Assembly (NCBI GenBank): GCA_965230295.1
Contig: OZ246001.1
Span: 576,001 to 640,000, forward strand
Reading direction: 5' to 3'
Origin: Marinicella sp.
GTDB taxonomy: Bacteria; Pseudomonadota; Gammaproteobacteria; Xanthomonadales; Marinicellaceae
DNA length: 64,000 bases
Shown one piece after another: positions 28,947 to 39,346 of this stretch; position 1 is the stretch's first letter, and each line of letters starts with the position of its first letter. The notes beneath the pieces are model-generated. The model was not told the origin of the DNA. It saw only the letters and a list, made by a program, of their open reading frames with translations, and did not search any database. A program made the translations under genes and the position numbers.

Positions 28947-29110
28947 GAAGTATTTCGCTGAGGAAGAGGGAGGAAAACCTCAGCTATTTTTTGTATGTGC
29001 TTGGCACATACGTGAAATCTTGCGATTTCGGGGAACAATGAAAATTGTTACATTCCATTTTACTTGTCTAACATGAATATAATGTGAATTAGGTTGGCCT
29101 AATTGAGCCA
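28917..29110 (-). ncRNA. Putative sRNA divergent from gcvA-like gene
   Basis: Orphan terminator, anti-SD loop hairpin GCTGAGG-TTTTCCTCCCTCTT-CCTCAGC and further hairpins; 5' end approximate. Confidence 0.55.
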
Positions 29111-29293
29111 TTTATTCTGCTATATAGTACGTTTGATGTGTTTTCAAAGTAAAAGTTCAAATAATTTTGATTTATTGAAATTTATTTAAACACTCGTTTG
29201 AATCACTCTTATTGCGGTATTTTACTTATCAACAACACTTTGACAAGCTAATTGTTTTTGTTATTCGGATAAATTATACTAATGCGAAACACC

Positions 29294-30211
29294 ATGGCCA
29301 ACCAATACAGAAACATACCTCCACTCAGATCAATCAAAGCTTTTGAGGCTTCAGCGCGCCTATTAAGCTTTACCAAAGCCGCAGAAGAATTACATGTTAC
29401 GCAAGCTGCCATCAGCCATCAAATCAAAAACCTCGAACAGCTCACCGGGGTTCAGTTATTTGAAAGGTTCAACCGGTCTTTGAAATTGACCTTCGAAGGA
29501 CGCTTGTATTTGATCTCGATCAGAAATGCCCTTGAGAGCATTGAAAAGGCCACCAGGCAGCTCAAAAACAAAGACGCATCAGGCACCTTGAATATATCGG
29601 TGCTGCCATCTTTTGCCTCCAAGTGGCTGTCAAAAAGGATTTGGAAGTTTCAACAACAACACCACGAATTGGACGTGAGGATTTCTGCCTTTGAGAAACT
29701 GACCGATTTCAAAAAAGAAGAATGTGACATTGCCATTAGGTATTCCTCAGATCCCACACTTCCCGGCTTAACGACCGAATTACTGCTAGAAGAAGACGTT
29801 TTTCCAGTTTGTTCTAAAAAATTGTACGACTCTTATAAGGGAAACATCAAACCTGAATCCTTGCTCAGAGCCAATCTTTATCATGAAGATTTCACCACCG
29901 AAGACTGGCATGACTGGTTTGATGCGGTTGGCATACAAGCCAATCCAAATTTACGTGGTACCCGGTTCAGTCATATGGCCATGATGCTAGAAGCGGTAGA
30001 AAACCACCAAGGATTTGCTTTAGGAAGGACACCTTTGGTGCAAGATGACATCAAGCGCGGGCTTTTGGTGGCACCTTTTGATGTGAAAATTAAAGGCAAA
30101 ATGTCTTACTACTTGGTCTACCCCAGTTCCACAGAGAATGACCAAAAATTACAGATAATCAGACAATGGCTGTTTGCTGAGGCCGACCAATTTAAACAAG
30201 GTATTCAATAA
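29294..30211 (+). CDS. gcvA: LysR-family regulator, GcvA-like
   Basis: PPLRSIKAFEASARLLSFTKAAEELHVTQAAISHQIK, PSFASKWL, DIAIRY. Confidence 0.75.
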   Translation: MANQYRNIPPLRSIKAFEASARLLSFTKAAEELHVTQAAISHQIKNLEQLTGVQLFERFNRSLKLTFEGRLYLISIRNALESIEKATRQLKNKDASGTLNISVLPSFASKWLSKRIWKFQQQHHELDVRISAFEKLTDFKKEECDIAIRYSSDPTLPGLTTELLLEEDVFPVCSKKLYDSYKGNIKPESLLRANLYHEDFTTEDWHDWFDAVGIQANPNLRGTRFSHMAMMLEAVENHQGFALGRTPLVQDDIKRGLLVAPFDVKIKGKMSYYLVYPSSTENDQKLQIIRQWLFAEADQFKQGIQ

Positions 30212-30228
30212 AACGAAATGGGTATGAA

Positions 30229-31254
30229 TCATGCCCATTCGTCTTCTTCACTGAATAGGTAGGCAGCAATGTCTTTGATCAATTCACCCAAACCAGTTTT
30301 GTTGATTGATGAAATCAAATAGTATTTTTCCTGCCACCCCATGTCTTTGGCGTAAGCATCAGCCAGCTGTCGGGCTTCTTCTTCAGTGGTGACATCCGAC
30401 TTTGTGAAAACCAACCACCGCTGTTTTTCCTGTAGTTGTTCTGAAAACTTAACCAGTTCTTCAGAAAGCTGATGAAATTGAGCCACTGGATCCGACAGAC
30501 CTTCATAAGCAGGCAACTCAACCATATGTAACAACAAACCTGTTCTTTGTAAATGTTTGAGGAATTGAATGCCCAGGCCAGCACCTTCTGCCGCACCTTC
30601 AATAATGCCAGGTATGTCAGCAACCACAAAACTGGTTTCCGCATCAACTGGCACCACACCCAAAGCCGGATACAACGTGGTGAATGGATAATCCGCTATT
30701 TTAGGCCTGGCTTTAGAGATGGCATTAACAAATGTAGATTTTCCTGCATTGGGAAATCCCAGCAAGCCCACATCAGCAAGCACTTTCAATTCCAGTTTGA
30801 TTTCCCTCAACTGACCCTGCTCTCCAGAAGTGAATTGTTTGGGTGCTCTATTGACGGAGCTTTTGAAATGCATGTTGCCCAACCCTCCTTTTCCACCATG
30901 GGCCACTATCAGCTGCTGATCATGTTCGGTGATGTCACCTAATTTCTGGTCGGTTTCAAGGTCATACACTTCTGTGCCTGTGGGTACTTTGATGATCAAA
31001 TCATCACCACCTTTCCCATACATCTGGCGGCCTTTGCCAGATTCACCATTTCTTGCATCAAAGCGTTTTTTATGACGAAAATCAACCAAAGTATTAAGGC
31101 CTTGGTCTCCTTGTAAGATGACGCTACCACCATGTCCACCATCACCACCATCTGGTCCGCCAAAGGCAACAAATTTTTCTCGACGAAAACTGGCTGAGCC
31201 ACTGCCGCCATTACCGGCCTTAACGGATATTTTTACTTCATCTACAAATTTCAT
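30229..31254 (-). CDS. obgE: GTPase ObgE/CgtA
   Basis: MKFVDEV, GGPDGGDGG, GFPNAGKS, YPFTTL, DIPG. Confidence 0.98.
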   Translation of the reverse strand: MKFVDEVKISVKAGNGGSGSASFRREKFVAFGGPDGGDGGHGGSVILQGDQGLNTLVDFRHKKRFDARNGESGKGRQMYGKGGDDLIIKVPTGTEVYDLETDQKLGDITEHDQQLIVAHGGKGGLGNMHFKSSVNRAPKQFTSGEQGQLREIKLELKVLADVGLLGFPNAGKSTFVNAISKARPKIADYPFTTLYPALGVVPVDAETSFVVADIPGIIEGAAEGAGLGIQFLKHLQRTGLLLHMVELPAYEGLSDPVAQFHQLSEELVKFSEQLQEKQRWLVFTKSDVTTEEEARQLADAYAKDMGWQEKYYLISSINKTGLGELIKDIAAYLFSEEDEWA

Positions 31255-31278
31255 AGCTTAGACTATACTGGTGAATAT

Positions 31279-31307
31279 AAAAAAAGCCCACTAATTAGTG
31301 AGCTTTT
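31279..31307 (-). terminator. Intrinsic terminator after rplU-rpmA
   Basis: AAAAAAAGCCCACT-aatt-AGTGAGCTTTT. Confidence 0.75.
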
Positions 31308-31338
31308 AAAAGTACTTCGTGTTGAACTCTGGTGGTTC

Positions 31339-31599
31339 TTAGCTTTGTGTTTCGATGGTCACGTATTGACGGTAATTTTTGCCTTTCTTGACAAACTTAA
31401 CCACACCATCTTTCAGGGCGAACAAAGTATGATCTTTACCCATACCAACATTGTCGCCGGCATGAAATTTGGTGCCACGTTGACGCACTAAAATGTTACC
31501 AGCGATGGCTGCTTGACCACCGTACATTTTGACACCAAGGTACTTAGGATTTGAATCGCGACCGTTATTAGTACTACCCGCTGCTTTCTTATGAGCCAT
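31339..31599 (-). CDS. rpmA: 50S ribosomal protein bL27
   Basis: [16 protein letters not shown]...RQRGTKFH. Confidence 0.99.
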   Translation of the reverse strand: MAHKKAAGSTNNGRDSNPKYLGVKMYGGQAAIAGNILVRQRGTKFHAGDNVGMGKDHTLFALKDGVVKFVKKGKNYRQYVTIETQS

Positions 31600-31612
31600 G
31601 ACGTTTTACCTC

Positions 31613-31921
31613 TTATCCTATTTTAGTGATTTTCAATTCAGTAAAATTCTGACGATGACCCATTTGTTTCATGTGGTGCTTACGTCTCTTGAATTTAATG
31701 ATTCTTACTTTCTTATGGCGACCATTCGACAACACTTCTGCTGACACAGATTTACCTTCCAACAAAGGTTTGCCAATTTCAATGTTTTCACCATCTGAAA
31801 CCATCAACACTTGGTCTAATTTAATCTTGTCACCAGCTTCAACCTTCAACGACTCAACTTTAATGATGTCGCCTTCTTTGATTCTGTATTGTTTGCCACC
31901 TGTAGCTACAACTGCGTGCAT
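31613..31921 (-). CDS. rplU: 50S ribosomal protein bL21
   Basis: TGGKQYR...KFKRRKH...GHRQ. Confidence 0.99.
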   Translation of the reverse strand: MHAVVATGGKQYRIKEGDIIKVESLKVEAGDKIKLDQVLMVSDGENIEIGKPLLEGKSVSAEVLSNGRHKKVRIIKFKRRKHHMKQMGHRQNFTELKITKIG

Positions 31922-32145
31922 GAAACTACTCCAATTCGGTTGTTCTTAAAAAGAGCGGGGATTTTACTTAAATAAATATACCGGGTCAACTTAATTTTAC
32001 AGAGTTTTTAATTCCCGGCGTTTAATGGATCAGATGCAAGGGTGTTTTAATGACTGCTGTTGATTTCAGTCGTCATTTTCCAGATGATTGATTGAATCAT
32101 GAGCACATGTCATCAATTGATCAAGGTGTGTGTCAATGAAAACCT

Positions 32146-32916
32146 TTAACCGGGGTTGTTTAAAATAATTAACAGCAATATAACCAGCCCTACCAATAAG
32201 GTAATCCACCATAAATTGTGCCTCAAAAAGTCGTTGCCAGGCTTGATCTTGGCCTCATCTGCTGGTTGTTCTGCCGGTTGAATCATGGATTCACTGAGTT
32301 GAACATTTCTTGGGTGTGAGGGACTGAATTTTGAAAACCCTGAGGTGCCAGGTAATTCAACCCTGTATTTATAAACCGCATTTGAGATCACATCACCATT
32401 ACTCAGATTGGCTTGGGCAATTTGCAGGCCATTCAGAAAGGTTTTGTGTTTACTGTCAACAAAATGCAACTCATTGTCCTGACGAAACACATGCCACCCG
32501 TCCGCGTGATGTAAGTCATCAATGATAAATTTCCCTGTGGTCTCATCAGCAAAGCTCCTGATACCGTACACTGAAGATTGATTGGTGATCTCGTTGATGG
32601 TTACATTGGTGTGGTTCAAATGAGAATCTTTAGGGATGTATTCATCATCCAACAACCTGAATGATAAATCATCAACGGCCAAAACATCGCCGGTATCAAG
32701 CAAGCATCTTTCGTGGACTGCCTCATTATTGACTTGTACTCGGTCGTTATACACTTCCAACACACAACCATAACTCTTGTGCATGATGGAAAAATGTCGC
32801 CCCCAAATCTTGGGGTGATTTATTTGCACATCACAGTCAAAATCATTACCTACAAGTAAAGTTTTACTGTCCGGAAATGAAAAAGATTTTTTTGTGTTTT
32901 CAATAACTAAATACAT
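32146..32916 (-). CDS. FHA-like domain protein with C-terminal TM helix
   Basis: VG.D..CD...I..RH..., LDTGDVL, TFLNG, LSNGDVI (two degenerate FHA-like folds). Confidence 0.6.
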   Translation of the reverse strand: MYLVIENTKKSFSFPDSKTLLVGNDFDCDVQINHPKIWGRHFSIMHKSYGCVLEVYNDRVQVNNEAVHERCLLDTGDVLAVDDLSFRLLDDEYIPKDSHLNHTNVTINEITNQSSVYGIRSFADETTGKFIIDDLHHADGWHVFRQDNELHFVDSKHKTFLNGLQIAQANLSNGDVISNAVYKYRVELPGTSGFSKFSPSHPRNVQLSESMIQPAEQPADEAKIKPGNDFLRHNLWWITLLVGLVILLLIILNNPG

Positions 32917-33115
32917 CTAAATAAGCCAATTTATCAAAAGATTGTAGCTGCTTTAACGATGAAATATCAATCCTAAATCTAAAATTCTTGAAGCAAATCA
33001 CAGTTTTCTGGAGTCAAATGTACATGCATGAATCTTCATAAAAAACCGGGCATCTGACAACATGACCACTGCTTGGTGTAAAAATTGCCATGTTCTTTTA
33101 TTCAGTGACATCGTT

Positions 33116-33492
33116 GGAGAACTGTCGAACAGTTCGACCAGCGCAGGTAATGAAAGCTTGGTGGTTTACCTGATAAGGTAATAAGCCTTGCTTGAATACC
33201 ATAGCGCGTGCACTCGGTTAGGCAGATCATGTAAGAATGGCGATTTGACAAAGTCAAGAAGCCTTGATGGAATGATCGATAAGCCGTGAAGCCTCGCTGG
33301 TCGCTTCCGCATCGATCCCCAGAACGGGGTGAATGCAGAGAATTGTTGGGAACAATTCCTGCCTGCTCACGCGACAGACCTACATCCCTGTAGGCCAGCC
33401 AGAGGGTGTAAGCCCGAGATAGCAAGCCATGCCCGTCGAGGCCGTTTTCACTTTTGTTTCAACAAAAGTGAATGAAGTCCCAAGGGCATTCC
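33116..33492 (+). other. Structured non-coding element, copy B (divergent, rearranged modules)
   Basis: Same core as copies A and C with compensatory stem changes; shares modules with both. Confidence 0.75.
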
Positions 33493-33534
33493 TTTATAAT
33501 ATGACGTACAAATTTTAAATGGAGCTGCAAAACT

Positions 33535-34653
33535 GTGGAATTGAGGTCTGTTTTATATTGGATGATGTCTATTGGCACTTTGGTTTTATGCCTGTTGTTT
33601 CCAATAAAATCAACCACCAGCGATCTGAACATGACTGCGATAAACCTGGCTTCATACCTCAAAGTTGAACCCAGATACATTTATTATGCTGACAACCGCT
33701 TCCATGCTCGTGTGATTGGTTCACTTAAAATTGACTTGAAAACAGATGACATGCCAGTCGAATTTATTCGGTACAACACCTTAATCATCAATGATTTTCA
33801 TTTTGAATTAGACACCAAGTACAGTTTGAATTGGCAAATTGGCAACCAAACACATCAAGTGTTGATCAACAAAACCAATGATTCAATTACTTTCTTCGAC
33901 TTCAAGACCAACGACCACACACAGATTTCAGATGTGCACATCCTCATTGAACCAAACACTGAACTGAGTAATCAACTGGCATTCAATCAAGAAGCCTCAT
34001 TTCAAGCGTTGGCTTTTGATGTCATAGAAAACCAATCGGTACTGGCATCCAACATCAGCGAATGGACAGACTTCACCCCCATCAAGTTCAATTCAATCAA
34101 CAGCTACACCAACAGCCAGGATTTACATTTAAAACAGTTGGTTATGCGACTATCTGCTTGGATCCTGTTTTCTGTGGTCATTTACTTGATCATGAAGATC
34201 AGCGGTGTTCATTTGGTGGTTTCGCTGATTTTTGCTTGGGCCATCACTGCCTATTTCTTTGTCAACAACCACACCAAACAAAACCAACAATTAAGCATGT
34301 CATTTGCCGCCGATGGCCAACAGCTGAACCCCCTGGATCAGTCGGCATTAGACATTGCTCAATCCATTGAAAGTAACCTTGACCAAAATCCAGCCTACGA
34401 TGAGGCCTTGAAGTTTGTGTTATTGGGCCAAAATGATTTTTTTCATTTAAGGCTGATTCATCACTTGTTTCAATACAACATAGGGTTGTCACTGAACTTT
34501 GAAGAATTGTTCAAAAAACACGACCAATTTGCTTTTATATTGCTAGATCAAGCCTATTGGTATTGCGAGAATTCAGACAAACATGACTGGCTGGAAAACC
34601 AAATCGAATTCATCATCAAAAATGAAGATTATTGCATAGTGAAAAAGAAATGA
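33535..34653 (+). CDS. Hypothetical membrane protein
   Basis: 372-aa ORF overlapping next gene (ATGA); start uncertain. Confidence 0.65.
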   Translation: MELRSVLYWMMSIGTLVLCLLFPIKSTTSDLNMTAINLASYLKVEPRYIYYADNRFHARVIGSLKIDLKTDDMPVEFIRYNTLIINDFHFELDTKYSLNWQIGNQTHQVLINKTNDSITFFDFKTNDHTQISDVHILIEPNTELSNQLAFNQEASFQALAFDVIENQSVLASNISEWTDFTPIKFNSINSYTNSQDLHLKQLVMRLSAWILFSVVIYLIMKISGVHLVVSLIFAWAITAYFFVNNHTKQNQQLSMSFAADGQQLNPLDQSALDIAQSIESNLDQNPAYDEALKFVLLGQNDFFHLRLIHHLFQYNIGLSLNFEELFKKHDQFAFILLDQAYWYCENSDKHDWLENQIEFIIKNEDYCIVKKK

Positions 34654-36068
34654 ATCAGTTGTTGGGCATCATTTATATCATTTACTTCATATCTTTGGGC
34701 TATGGCTTCAGGGTGGCCTTTAACAAAATAAAACAGCAACAACTCATCATTGAAAATAAAACTGATTTCTTTGCCCATGCATTTTTTCAAGGGGTCTTTA
34801 TTCATGTTGTCATTTTCAATTTGTTCCAGTTATTGAATTTATCAAACTCAACGGTGTTAGTGGCCTTGCCTTTGCTTTTGCTTGTTTGCATGGCGTTGAT
34901 TTTTTGGCACATCCTCCACAAAGGCCTACAAGGCCAAACTTTCGTTCCAAAACTTCACAATGTATTGATTACCACTGTTTTGCTGTTGATGTCTGCTTTC
35001 ATTTATTGGAATGGGTCTTTGCTACCAAACATTGCATGGGATTCATGGGCCGTTTGGGAAGGAAAAGCACAACAATGGGTTGAACATGGTTTAAATGTCG
35101 ACATCATGGCTTGGAATGATTGGGTCAACGAAGACACGGCCATCTTTAATGCTTCTGCCAATTACCCCGATGGCCTTTCATTGATATACTTCTTGCCAAA
35201 AGTGTTGTTTCAAGAAGGGTTTGCCATCACCCAAATTGTGGTGCTGTTTGCTTTTGCCATGATGACACTGTTGCTGATCAGTCGCATTGCCAAATTAGGC
35301 GCACCTGTTTATTTACAATTGGCCATGGTACTGGTTATCTACACCACCCCCTTCATCAGCAACCACCTGATGATTCAAGGTTACGCCGACATCTGGTTGG
35401 CCATGTTTATTTTGCTGGTCATGTTGAGCTTGATGGATTACATTGACGACAATAACATGGGGATAGGGCTGACCATCATATGCTATTTGGCCATGTTACC
35501 CATGTTGAAATTGGAAGGCTGGGTGTGGTTATTGTTATTCTTTATGGCCTATGGATTGACGTTATTATCAACCCACAAATCAAAGTATAAAGTTTTGGCA
35601 GGTGTTGCTGGTGTGATATTGGCGTTGGTATTACTTGGTGGGATTGATCTGAATTTTTCGTTTGGAAACATCACCATCACTCACGAGCGCATCACATTGT
35701 TAAACTTATTCGACTTGCACATTAACTTCGTAAACATCACCGAGCCATTGCTGATCAGTTTTTTATGGCAAAATAATTGGTCTTTGTTGTGGCTAGGCCT
35801 GCCTTTCTTATTGTTTACATTTTTCAGCAGGCGCCACAGTCTGGCCAGTCAAGTCTCTCATGTATTCCTTATTTTGGCTCTGGGCTGTATGTTGTTTTTA
35901 TTTTATTTCACTGAAGCCAGTCGATGGGCTCAGGACTTTACAGCCATAAACAGAATCGTCTTACAACTGACTCCCTGTTATTTGTTTTTATTGTTTAAAA
36001 TGATTGTCAGGATCAAAGGCATTCAAGCACCCACAACCAAACAGCAGTCATCAAAAACACCTGAATGA
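34650..36068 (+). CDS. Polytopic membrane protein, probable GT-C fold glycosyltransferase
   Basis: ~13 TM; WDSWAVW..KA loop, NYP, GYADI, K.EG motifs; near GT2/GT4 genes. Confidence 0.6.
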   Translation: MNQLLGIIYIIYFISLGYGFRVAFNKIKQQQLIIENKTDFFAHAFFQGVFIHVVIFNLFQLLNLSNSTVLVALPLLLLVCMALIFWHILHKGLQGQTFVPKLHNVLITTVLLLMSAFIYWNGSLLPNIAWDSWAVWEGKAQQWVEHGLNVDIMAWNDWVNEDTAIFNASANYPDGLSLIYFLPKVLFQEGFAITQIVVLFAFAMMTLLLISRIAKLGAPVYLQLAMVLVIYTTPFISNHLMIQGYADIWLAMFILLVMLSLMDYIDDNNMGIGLTIICYLAMLPMLKLEGWVWLLLFFMAYGLTLLSTHKSKYKVLAGVAGVILALVLLGGIDLNFSFGNITITHERITLLNLFDLHINFVNITEPLLISFLWQNNWSLLWLGLPFLLFTFFSRRHSLASQVSHVFLILALGCMLFLFYFTEASRWAQDFTAINRIVLQLTPCYLFLLFKMIVRIKGIQAPTTKQQSSKTPE

Positions 36069-36079
36069 CTGCTGTTTGG
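36037..36079. terminator. Inverted repeat between convergent genes
   Basis: CCAAACAGCAGTCAT...ATGACTGCTGTTTGG. Confidence 0.6.
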
Positions 36080-36090
36080 ATTGTATTCAT

Positions 36091-37824
36091 CTACTTAATG
36101 AACTTCATGCCTTGTTGAAAGATGACATCAACTGGAATGCCGGCAGCATTGATGCGCTCTAACGATTTTTCTAATTGCTGGTTGATGTGCCCCTTATCTT
36201 CAAACCATTGTTTAACCCCAGCATAATCACCCGACCCTTGGTGGGTCAGAATTTTTTCCGATAAAGAGGCCACAGCGGCGGACATTTTTTCTGCATTCAC
36301 CGAATAATGACCTGTGGCTTCATCATAACTGAATGCGCCTTGCTCTGAGAAGTAGTTAAAACGAAGCAGGTTTGCAACACCATGAGCTGAACTTGAACCA
36401 AAACGAACCGAGCGGAAAATGCCTGCCATAAAGGTGGTGTAATAATCCATCATTTCACCCTCTTCCAGCTCACCCAACTTGTGTAATTTCTCCACCATAT
36501 ACAAGCCCAGAATATCGGCTTTGCCTTCTTCTATGGGTGAAGCCAATTCTTTCAATGCCGTTCTGACTGTTCCTTTATCATTGATGGTGTTTTTTACACC
36601 CAGACCATGCGCCACTTCATGAAACATGGTGTTGGCAAAAAACGCATTGAATGTGATGTGCTTTCTTTGTGAAGGTGTCACCAATTGTTCGGCTATGGGA
36701 ACCAAGATTTTTTCAAACTTGGCTTGCATGACATTTTTCAACTGTAACCGACGGGTGCCTTTTTCTAATTGTACACTTTCATCATTGGGCAAATTGATGG
36801 CAATGGTTTTACTACCGGCATTTGAATGGCCTGCATAATAAATGGCATCGTAAGCATTCAAGTCCGAATCCGTACCAGGCGTTTCTTGTTTATAGGCCTC
36901 ATCAACAGGCAATTCGGCTTGCAACTGCGGCAAAAAGGCCGCAAATTTCGCCAGTTTTTCACTCCAGGCCAAGTCTTTTATCAAGACATAAGCTTCATAG
37001 GCGGCTTTATAGCCAAACAACTGATCTTCATAGGTTTCAATAGGACCAATAACCAGTTCGATCGAATTGTTTTTCATGTCCATCCATGCCAAATCAGATG
37101 CCTTGAACTCGTCATTGACTAAGGCCGCTGCTCGCAAGGTGATGTATTTTTTAAATCCTTCATCCTCTGCCAATTCTGCAGCTTGTAACAACAAGTCAGA
37201 AGCTTTTTTAAGTTGGGCAGCATATGCTTCATAGAAGGGTACTGCCACTAAATTTCCAGCCTCGTCTCTCACCACATGGGTGTATAAACTCTTCATGGCT
37301 TCTGAAGCGGTTGCCTCAAATGCCTCTTTATCCAGATCTTTCGGATAAAAGTTAGCACCCAAGAATTTTTGTTCATAGCCCTTCAAGAATGGTTTATCCC
37401 CATCCAAACGATCCCATGGACCATAATTGATGTCAGCGAACTTTCTGAGTCTTTGATCACTGATGCTGTCCAAAAATGCTTGCTTAGGACCATAACTTTG
37501 TAACCAAAACAATTCATCCATAATTTCTGCTGCTGCCACCAACAAGGGCAACATGTCCTTTTGTTGTTGAGACAAATGAGACACATCACTGGTGAGCTTG
37601 AAAGTGGCGTATTTATTCAATAACTCACTGTGCTTTTTAGGTGTTTTTTCGACCAAGGGATCTTTTTGGTATGCCACATTTGAATGGTCTTTAGGTGGCG
37701 CTTGAGTAGATTCTGTCGCCGCCTCTTTTGCGGCGGCCGGATCTTCTGTTGTTGGTTCATTTTGGCAAGCACTGAGGCACAGAGCAAGCAGCATAAAAAA
37801 AGATGATCTTGAATAACTTTTCAC
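36091..37824 (-). CDS. Lipoprotein zinc peptidase, M49/dipeptidyl-peptidase III-like
   Basis: Lipobox LSAC; GPWDRL, IGPIETYED, AINLPND, HEVAHG, EEGKAD. Confidence 0.88.
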   Translation of the reverse strand: MKSYSRSSFFMLLALCLSACQNEPTTEDPAAAKEAATESTQAPPKDHSNVAYQKDPLVEKTPKKHSELLNKYATFKLTSDVSHLSQQQKDMLPLLVAAAEIMDELFWLQSYGPKQAFLDSISDQRLRKFADINYGPWDRLDGDKPFLKGYEQKFLGANFYPKDLDKEAFEATASEAMKSLYTHVVRDEAGNLVAVPFYEAYAAQLKKASDLLLQAAELAEDEGFKKYITLRAAALVNDEFKASDLAWMDMKNNSIELVIGPIETYEDQLFGYKAAYEAYVLIKDLAWSEKLAKFAAFLPQLQAELPVDEAYKQETPGTDSDLNAYDAIYYAGHSNAGSKTIAINLPNDESVQLEKGTRRLQLKNVMQAKFEKILVPIAEQLVTPSQRKHITFNAFFANTMFHEVAHGLGVKNTINDKGTVRTALKELASPIEEGKADILGLYMVEKLHKLGELEEGEMMDYYTTFMAGIFRSVRFGSSSAHGVANLLRFNYFSEQGAFSYDEATGHYSVNAEKMSAAVASLSEKILTHQGSGDYAGVKQWFEDKGHINQQLEKSLERINAAGIPVDVIFQQGMKFIK

Positions 37825-38990
37825 GATGGTCTCCTGGTTAAGGTTGCTAGATAGTGTTGTTCTATGGTTTCAACGATCACTGACATGTGATATTTAAAAT
37901 CCCGGGGATGTTTTGAAATGGCTGTGAAATTTTGCTGAATGTCGTCTATTTTTTGGGCAAAATCTTTGGGGTTGTTACCCTCATACACAAATCCTTTGTT
38001 GTAATTGTCTGCCAGCCAACGCATGCCAGAGCCGACAGTATCAGGGACCAAAATAATTTTGTTGTGATACATGGCCTCCAGTAATACCACACCAAATGAT
38101 TCAGCCCGATCATTGGATGCCATACAAAACACATCACAAGTGTCATACAAAGCATGTATCTTTGACCAACTTTGGCTGCCCAATAATTCAACACTTTCAG
38201 TCAGATTCATTTGGTCGATCTGTTGAGATAATCTATGTTTCAATTGCCCATCACCGGCGATCAACAAGTGGCAATTGTGGGTCAATCGCATGGCTTCGAT
38301 CAACATTTTCTGATTTTTATAAAATGTCAACCGACCTAAATTAAACAGTTTGATTTTTTGGATCGGCCATTGCGCTCTGGCCCACTTCAATCCGGAAACT
38401 CTTTTTGCTTCATCCATTGATTCCAGCTCTTGGATTCTCAAGCCCAGTGGCACAACCACGGTTTTGTCGGCATGTTTAATTAATTGTTGGGAATGATCAG
38501 CGTAGTCCTGAGTAGAAACTAAAATACAATCTGACTGTTTTATCAGCCTGTTTTCAATCGGTTTAATGAACAGGTATATTAATTTCATTAACCACCTGCT
38601 GTTTCCGGTAACCATGTCCGAATGCCAGCTGAATACCCATGGTACCTGTTTGATCTTTTTATTCAGCAACAACATGAACAAACTGGGGTTCGGACCATGC
38701 AGGTGGACAATGTCCGGTTTTTGCTGTTGAAACAATTGCTTGATTTGTTTATTCAAGCCTATCATCAATGGGGCAAATAAGATGGGGCGCAATGATCGCA
38801 TCCTGATGACTTGAACACCATCAACCATTGCTGTTGTTTTTTTTGCCGTGATTGTTTGCCATTGGTGGTTGTGAACCAACACCGTCACTTGATGGCCTTG
38901 GCTGACTTGTTCTCGGGCGAGGTCACATAAGTAATGCTCCATACCACCATGGTAGGGTGGGTAGAATTTACCTATGTGCAGAATATTCAT
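37821..38990 (-). CDS. Glycosyltransferase family 4
   Basis: GKFYPP..GG.E, GRL..YK, ESFGVVLLEAM. Confidence 0.92.
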   Translation of the reverse strand: MNILHIGKFYPPYHGGMEHYLCDLAREQVSQGHQVTVLVHNHQWQTITAKKTTAMVDGVQVIRMRSLRPILFAPLMIGLNKQIKQLFQQQKPDIVHLHGPNPSLFMLLLNKKIKQVPWVFSWHSDMVTGNSRWLMKLIYLFIKPIENRLIKQSDCILVSTQDYADHSQQLIKHADKTVVVPLGLRIQELESMDEAKRVSGLKWARAQWPIQKIKLFNLGRLTFYKNQKMLIEAMRLTHNCHLLIAGDGQLKHRLSQQIDQMNLTESVELLGSQSWSKIHALYDTCDVFCMASNDRAESFGVVLLEAMYHNKIILVPDTVGSGMRWLADNYNKGFVYEGNNPKDFAQKIDDIQQNFTAISKHPRDFKYHMSVIVETIEQHYLATLTRRPS

Positions 38991-39001
38991 TTAACAACCA
39001 T

Positions 39002-39346
39002 TCAATGCTTGTCTTCATCCTGTTTAAGGGCATCTTCAAGAATGGCCATCTTTTGTGTGAGGCGCCTGATTTTTCTTTCTTTTTTGGTGAGCGCCATGTC
39101 CATGGTCAACATGCGGATCAAAATCATGCTGACTGCAAGCACCAAAAGTAAAGTGGGTGGGTATGTGATGCCTACTTTTGCGGCAACCCAGTCAACGCTG
39201 CTGGGGAAAATAGAAAGTAAAATGGCCGATACTGCCACCAACAACCACCAAGTTGCATAAGGGCCATGCATCTTACCTTTACGAACCAGATATAAAATAC
39301 TGATCGATAAAATGGCTCCAATTATCAGGATTGTTATGTTTGTCAT
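39002..39346 (-). CDS. DUF2304 small membrane protein
   Basis: 3 TM, GITYPP, coiled tail LTQKMA; follows GT2. Confidence 0.85.
   Translation of the reverse strand: MTNITILIIGAILSISILYLVRKGKMHGPYATWWLLVAVSAILLSIFPSSVDWVAAKVGITYPPTLLLVLAVSMILIRMLTMDMALTKKERKIRRLTQKMAILEDALKQDEDKH

Noticed and set aside
32048-32076. AATGACTGCTG hairpin also seen at 36064
   Set aside because: Short match; adequately explained as terminator-like hairpins.
33102-33425. 107-aa minus-strand ORF (and 56865-57056)
   Set aside because: Antisense to element copy B (or the regulator); frame not maintained in other copies.
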